Shown in pieces: positions 60,086-64,000 of a stretch of 64,000 nucleotides of DNA; position 1 is the stretch's first letter; every line of letters starts with the position of its first letter. A model generated the notes under the pieces. The model did no database searches. It worked only from the letters and a program-made list of their open reading frames with translations, and had not been told where the DNA came from. The stretch covers positions 22,750-86,749 of the forward strand of contig CANQTA010000001.1 of NCBI GenBank assembly GCA_947626655.1, in the 5' to 3' direction. Both the position numbers and the translations under genes were made by a program. The stretch comes from an uncultured Bacilli bacterium. Lineage in GTDB: Bacteria > Bacillota_I > Bacilli_A > RF39 > UBA660.

Positions 60086-61162
60086 CTATAATGCTATTTT
60101 AAATGGATTACTTGTTGTTCCTTCTCCAGACACCTTTATATCGGCTGAAAGATAGAAGACTGGATAAGCTGCATTAGAATTATTTGTATCCCAGTGATCA
60201 AGACTGCCAGATGAAATTATTAACCATGCACCATATCCGTCATCACCACGAAACCGTGTTATTGTCCATTGATTATTAGATGAATCTTTTAACCAGTTAT
60301 TACATGATGATGTAGATTGACAATTTGTTGTTCCTGCATTATTTTCGGCATAATAATAATCACTTAAATACATTAAACCTATTTGCGTACTTGTATTATC
60401 TTGTGTAGTATTTTCTGCATCATATACTTCTTGCCCGGTATTTGTTTCGGTTGATACTGAACCTTGGTTCCAGCTCATATTTATTATCTTTGTTTTTAAT
60501 GTTTGAGGAATATATGATGCATTATTTAAAAATGATTCACTATTTAATTCTGTTCCTAAATCACCTTGACTCCATTGATAATCTAAGTAATAACTTGAAT
60601 TCCACATTGTTGATGTATTATAAGCAGTTGCCTTAATTAATTTTAAATTTCCTTCACTTGTTGTACCAATTATTCTATACAGATAATTTTCATTACATGT
60701 TCCTTCTCCTACATTGGGATCTATACATATATAATTATCTACTTCTGTTCCAACATAACGATATTGTAAACTTCCTGTATTTGTTTCTTGTAAGCCTTTT
60801 GATTTCTTATTGGCAACATAATTTCCACCTAATAATGTTTTTTCATCGAAATATAAATAGCAATATACCGTTTGACTACTTGTTACTGTTACTTTATTAT
60901 TATCATTTGATAATATTCCCTCTATTTTTTTGCCATTACTATCCATACAACCACTTTCATCTAAGTTTAATGTATATAGATTACTATCTGGAAACATGTC
61001 ACTTCCTGTGTATGGTTCATATTTATCTTCTTTTTTTACATACATAGCAAATGTATTATCTTTTCTTACTTGATTTTTAATCTTTACTTCATCTACTGCC
61101 ATTTTATTATTGCTCTTATCTGGTATAAGTATTATTATTGTTGATACTAATAGTATCAACAA
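60086..61162 (-). CDS. surface-protein family paralog 3 (358 aa from an internal TTG); native ATG at 61230 is out of frame because of a 41-bp tandem duplication, putative phase-OFF allele
   Basis: Strong homology to 4769.. (YICIDP..C.ENYLYRIIG, NLKLIKATAY, QIGLMYLSDY, CNNWLKDS, AYPVFYL..GEGTTSNPFKI). An SD-preceded ATG at 61228-61230 reads MKKQLKYFSLLILLVSTN* and then terminates. Confidence 0.6.
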   Translation of the reverse strand: MLILLVSTIIILIPDKSNNKMAVDEVKIKNQVRKDNTFAMYVKKEDKYEPYTGSDMFPDSNLYTLNLDESGCMDSNGKKIEGILSNDNNKVTVTSSQTVYCYLYFDEKTLLGGNYVANKKSKGLQETNTGSLQYRYVGTEVDNYICIDPNVGEGTCNENYLYRIIGTTSEGNLKLIKATAYNTSTMWNSSYYLDYQWSQGDLGTELNSESFLNNASYIPQTLKTKIINMSWNQGSVSTETNTGQEVYDAENTTQDNTSTQIGLMYLSDYYYAENNAGTTNCQSTSSCNNWLKDSSNNQWTITRFRGDDGYGAWLIISSGSLDHWDTNNSNAAYPVFYLSADIKVSGEGTTSNPFKIAL

Positions 61163-61220
61163 ACTAAAATATTTTAGTTTGTTGATACTAATAGTATCAA
61201 CAAACTAAAATATTTTAGTT
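61138..61220. repeat. perfect 41-bp tandem duplication (2 copies + 1 bp) containing palindrome TTGATACTAATAGTATCAA
   Basis: Unit ttgttgatactaatagtatcaacaaactaaaatattttag occurs at 61138-61178 and again at 61179-61219. It encodes the LLILLVSTI signal-anchor segment. The unit length (41 bp) matches the 42171 locus. Confidence 0.9.
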
Positions 61221-61362
61221 GTTTTTTCATTATTAACCTCTTTCTTTATTCTCATTATATACTGCATATCTTGTTTAAATTATATCTATTATTTTTTAAT
61301 AAGTCAATTTGTTTGTTATATGTTTTTATTCACTTTACAACAAAAAACTGCTCATCACAGTT

Positions 61363-62199
61363 TTAAAATAGTATTTGTAAAGTTCCTAAACCATTAATAA
61401 ATTGGTAAAGAGCTATATCTCGATTATCTTTTTGAAATAAAATATAACCATCTAAATTTAATATTAGTTTATTTCCATTAATTACTTTTTTTTCTAAAGT
61501 TTTATCTAACTTTTTAATTTGCACATCTAAAATATCTTCTAATTTTAATTTTTTATAATTACCATTTTTAATATCTTCTAATTTAAAAGCATCTTTTATT
61601 TTAAATTTACCTACTCTAGTTCTTTCTAAACTATTCATACAACCTAAAACATTTAATTCGGTACATATCGTTTGAATTAAGCTTCTAATATAAGTACCTT
61701 TGCTGACTACACATTTAATAGTTATAATATTATCATTATAACTAATTAATTCTAAATTTTTAATTTCTACAATATTTTGGGGGAGTTTAACTTCTTGATT
61801 ACATCTCGCATATTCGTATAATCTTTTACCATTAACATGTTTAGCAGAATAAAGTGGTATTGTTTGCTTATATTTACCTTTTAATTTATTTAAAACTAAT
61901 TTAATCTCATCTTCATTTAACTTTCGAGGTACTTCTTCTTCTAAAATATTACCAGTTATATCTAAAGTATCAGTTTTCTTACCGATTAAAATACTAGCTA
62001 TATACTCTTTATCAGCCATTTCTAACATATTTACTAATTTTGTATATTTACCAACTAGGCATACTAAAACTCCTGTTGCCATTGGATCTAAAGTACCTGT
62101 ATGACCAATTTTCTTAGTATTTAATAATTTATTTAACTTGTTAACTACATCTCTGCTAGTATAATCTTTTTCTTTATTAACAATTATTCCAATATTCAT
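61363..62199 (-). CDS. truB: tRNA pseudouridine(55) synthase TruB
   Basis: IGHTGTLDPMATGVLVCLVG (GH.GTLDP catalytic-Asp motif), 278 aa. Lies in an infB-rbfA-x-truB arrangement. Confidence 0.85.
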   Translation of the reverse strand: MNIGIIVNKEKDYTSRDVVNKLNKLLNTKKIGHTGTLDPMATGVLVCLVGKYTKLVNMLEMADKEYIASILIGKKTDTLDITGNILEEEVPRKLNEDEIKLVLNKLKGKYKQTIPLYSAKHVNGKRLYEYARCNQEVKLPQNIVEIKNLELISYNDNIITIKCVVSKGTYIRSLIQTICTELNVLGCMNSLERTRVGKFKIKDAFKLEDIKNGNYKKLKLEDILDVQIKKLDKTLEKKVINGNKLILNLDGYILFQKDNRDIALYQFINGLGTLQILF

Positions 62200-62203
62200 A
62201 TTA

Positions 62204-62734
62204 TCACTCGATATCTTTTGTTAAATAATAGGTGTAATTTTTATTAGTTATTTCAATATCTTCAGGATTTTCAGAGAAGCCCCATTTCGTTTGCATGCGA
62301 GCTAATATTCTGACTTTATCTTTAGGGACTTCAATAGCTAACTTTTTAATACCTATTAATTTTCCATAAGCAATGATTTGTTCAATAATCATTTCATAAA
62401 TAGAGGCTTCTTCTTCTTTAGTAAAATTATTTAAAACAATTTCCGGAACAGCCATTTTATTTATATCAATAACTATTCGGCCAAAACCAATTAATTTTTC
62501 AGCCATCGTTATTTTTAGAAGCCTGATATTATTATTTTCTTGAATAGACTCTAAAACATTTAAACTACGCCGATATAACTTTGAACCATGTAAAGCTAAA
62601 TGAAGATAAGTATTATAATCATCACCATATAATTCTATAAAGAATTTTTCATATATGTTTTTTAAAAATAATTCTTCTTCTTTAGTAATTTTACTATCAT
62701 TTAAAACACTTACTGCAATTTCTTCATACTTCAT
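62204..62734 (-). CDS. hypothetical protein (176 aa), possibly GNAT-like, inserted between rbfA and truB
   Basis: LIGFGRIVIDINKMAV resembles the GNAT motif A region. Weak. Confidence 0.3.
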   Translation of the reverse strand: MKYEEIAVSVLNDSKITKEEELFLKNIYEKFFIELYGDDYNTYLHLALHGSKLYRRSLNVLESIQENNNIRLLKITMAEKLIGFGRIVIDINKMAVPEIVLNNFTKEEEASIYEMIIEQIIAYGKLIGIKKLAIEVPKDKVRILARMQTKWGFSENPEDIEITNKNYTYYLTKDIE

Positions 62735-62741
62735 AAAAATC

Positions 62742-63137
62742 CTAACTACTATGAATATCTTTAATTATTTTTTCGATTTTAGTAGCATATTCAATAGTTT
62801 CGTCATAAATAAATTTTAATTCAGGAATATTTCTTACTTCTAAAACTTTAGCTAATTTGCCTCTTAAGAAAGGGGAAGCTTCATTCATTTCTTTGGTAAT
62901 TTGTTCATGAGGCATATCTAAAATAGTTGTAAAATAAACTTTAGCATAACTTAAATCTTTACTAACTTCGATATCAGTTAAAGTTATTGATTTTAGAAGC
63001 TCATCATCGGTTTCAGTTAATAAGATATTACTTAAATATTTAATAATATCACTGGCAATTCTTTCTATTTTATGACTAGGCATGTTTAACCTCAACCATT
63101 TCATAAGCTTCGATGACATCGCCTTCTTTAATATCAT
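62742..63137 (-). CDS. rbfA: ribosome-binding factor A
   Basis: IERIASDIIKYLSNIL...ITLTDIEVSKDLSYAKVYFT KH-like fold signature. Lies downstream of infB. Confidence 0.75.
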   Translation of the reverse strand: MILKKAMSSKLMKWLRLNMPSHKIERIASDIIKYLSNILLTETDDELLKSITLTDIEVSKDLSYAKVYFTTILDMPHEQITKEMNEASPFLRGKLAKVLEVRNIPELKFIYDETIEYATKIEKIIKDIHSS

Positions 63138-64000
63138 TAAATGTTTCTAAAGTAACACCGCATTCAAAACCTTTTTTCATTTCTTTGACAGCTTCTTTAC
63201 CACGTTGCAAAGAAGATATTTTATCTGTGGCTATTACAATACCATCCCGAATAACTCTTACACTAACATTATTTTTAATCATACCATCAGTTACATAACA
63301 ACCAGCTATATTACCAATTTTTGAAAATTTAAATATTTTTCTTATTTCTAGTGTTCCTAAGATTTTTTCTTCATATTCTGGATCGAGCATTCCATTCATA
63401 GCTTGTTCCATGTCTTCAACTAATTTATAAATAATTGTATAAAGTCTGATATCAACATTATATTCTTTAGCTATTTCTTTAGTAATATTACTTGGTACAA
63501 CATTAAAACCAATAATAAGAGCATTAGAAGCATTAGCTAAAACAACATCACTTTCAGTTATGGTACCGATGCCACTACGAATAACATTGACGACTACATC
63601 ACCAACTTGAATTTTTTGTAAAGCATTTTTAACAGCTTCTTCACTACCTCTGACATCACATTTTAAAACAACATTTACTTCTCTTTGACCAGATTCAATT
63701 TTCTTAAATAAATCGTCTAAAGAAACAACATCGTTATTATATTTGCTTCTTGCTAAATTTTTTCTTTTATCTGCTATTTCTTTAGCTTTAGCTTCGGTTT
63801 CAAAGGCCATAAATTTATCACCAGCAGATGGATTATCAGAAATACCAGTAACTTCAACAGGAGTTGATGGCCCGGCTTCAACAATCGATTCACCTAAATC
63901 ATTTTTCATTGTTCTAATTTTGCCGAAATATTCACCAACAACTACTGGATCACCAATCCGCAAAGTACCATTTTGAATAATAAAGGAAGCAATACCACCA
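63076..64000 (-). CDS. infB: translation initiation factor IF-2, C-terminal part (gene continues beyond the window end)
   Basis: IF-2 domain II/C1/C2 signatures (VVGEYFGKIRTM, GECGV-like FECGVTLE, IEAYEMVEVK). The reading frame is open to position 64000. Confidence 0.85.
   Translation of the reverse strand, partial: GGIASFIIQNGTLRIGDPVVVGEYFGKIRTMKNDLGESIVEAGPSTPVEVTGISDNPSAGDKFMAFETEAKAKEIADKRKNLARSKYNNDVVSLDDLFKKIESGQREVNVVLKCDVRGSEEAVKNALQKIQVGDVVVNVIRSGIGTITESDVVLANASNALIIGFNVVPSNITKEIAKEYNVDIRLYTIIYKLVEDMEQAMNGMLDPEYEEKILGTLEIRKIFKFSKIGNIAGCYVTDGMIKNNVSVRVIRDGIVIATDKISSLQRGKEAVKEMKKGFECGVTLETFNDIKEGDVIEAYEMVEVKHA

Overview
The window is 64 kb of very AT-rich DNA (about 27% GC) read with the standard genetic code. 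It looks like a cell-walled low-GC Firmicutes chromosome, because murB, murG, ftsQ/divIB, comN-like and DUF421 genes are all present. Most of it is conserved housekeeping: obg, a ruvAB-folD-glyA-thyA-folA-pyrH-like-tmk-queA cluster, tgt, rarA, gpsA, rpsB-tsf, queH-ftsQ-murB-murG, hemW, lepA, def, smc, rnc, dtd, relA, mnmA, holA-like, truB, rbfA and a partial infB. Three tRNAs (Glu, Ile, Lys) lie near the left end. A tyrosine integrase sits beside the tRNA-Glu 3' end, which marks the right edge of an integrated element that continues off the window. The accessory content worth attention falls into three parts. (1) A paralogous family of secreted or anchored surface proteins has one intact copy (4769..6391). 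Two further copies (40841.., 60086..) each carry a perfect 41-bp tandem duplication over the palindromic signal-anchor codons. In both, the duplication puts the Shine-Dalgarno-preceded ATG out of frame, so they are candidate phase-variable OFF alleles. A fourth copy at about 14.2 kb is a decayed N-end plus C-end remnant. The C-terminal module of one paralog sits in a roughly 54% GC island inside this 27% GC genome. (2) A stand-alone four-gene operon (27829..33239, minus strand) lies between the tsf terminator and tcdA. It encodes a Big_2 plus cadherin-like surface protein, a HerA/FtsK-type DUF87 ATPase, a small unknown protein and a large protein ending in BspA-type leucine-rich repeats. This is a candidate uncharacterised surface-associated, transport or defence module. 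(3) Smaller oddities are a frameshifted Fic pseudogene, a 52-aa Ser/Asn/Arg-only peptide ORF behind a strong RBS, an rpsB with a Rho_N-like C-terminal tail, a possible structured leader RNA upstream of tcdA, a small TM-anchored cadherin-like protein plus GDPD next to a surface paralog, and an Rpn-like PD-(D/E)XK nuclease gene. No CRISPR array or rRNA was seen.
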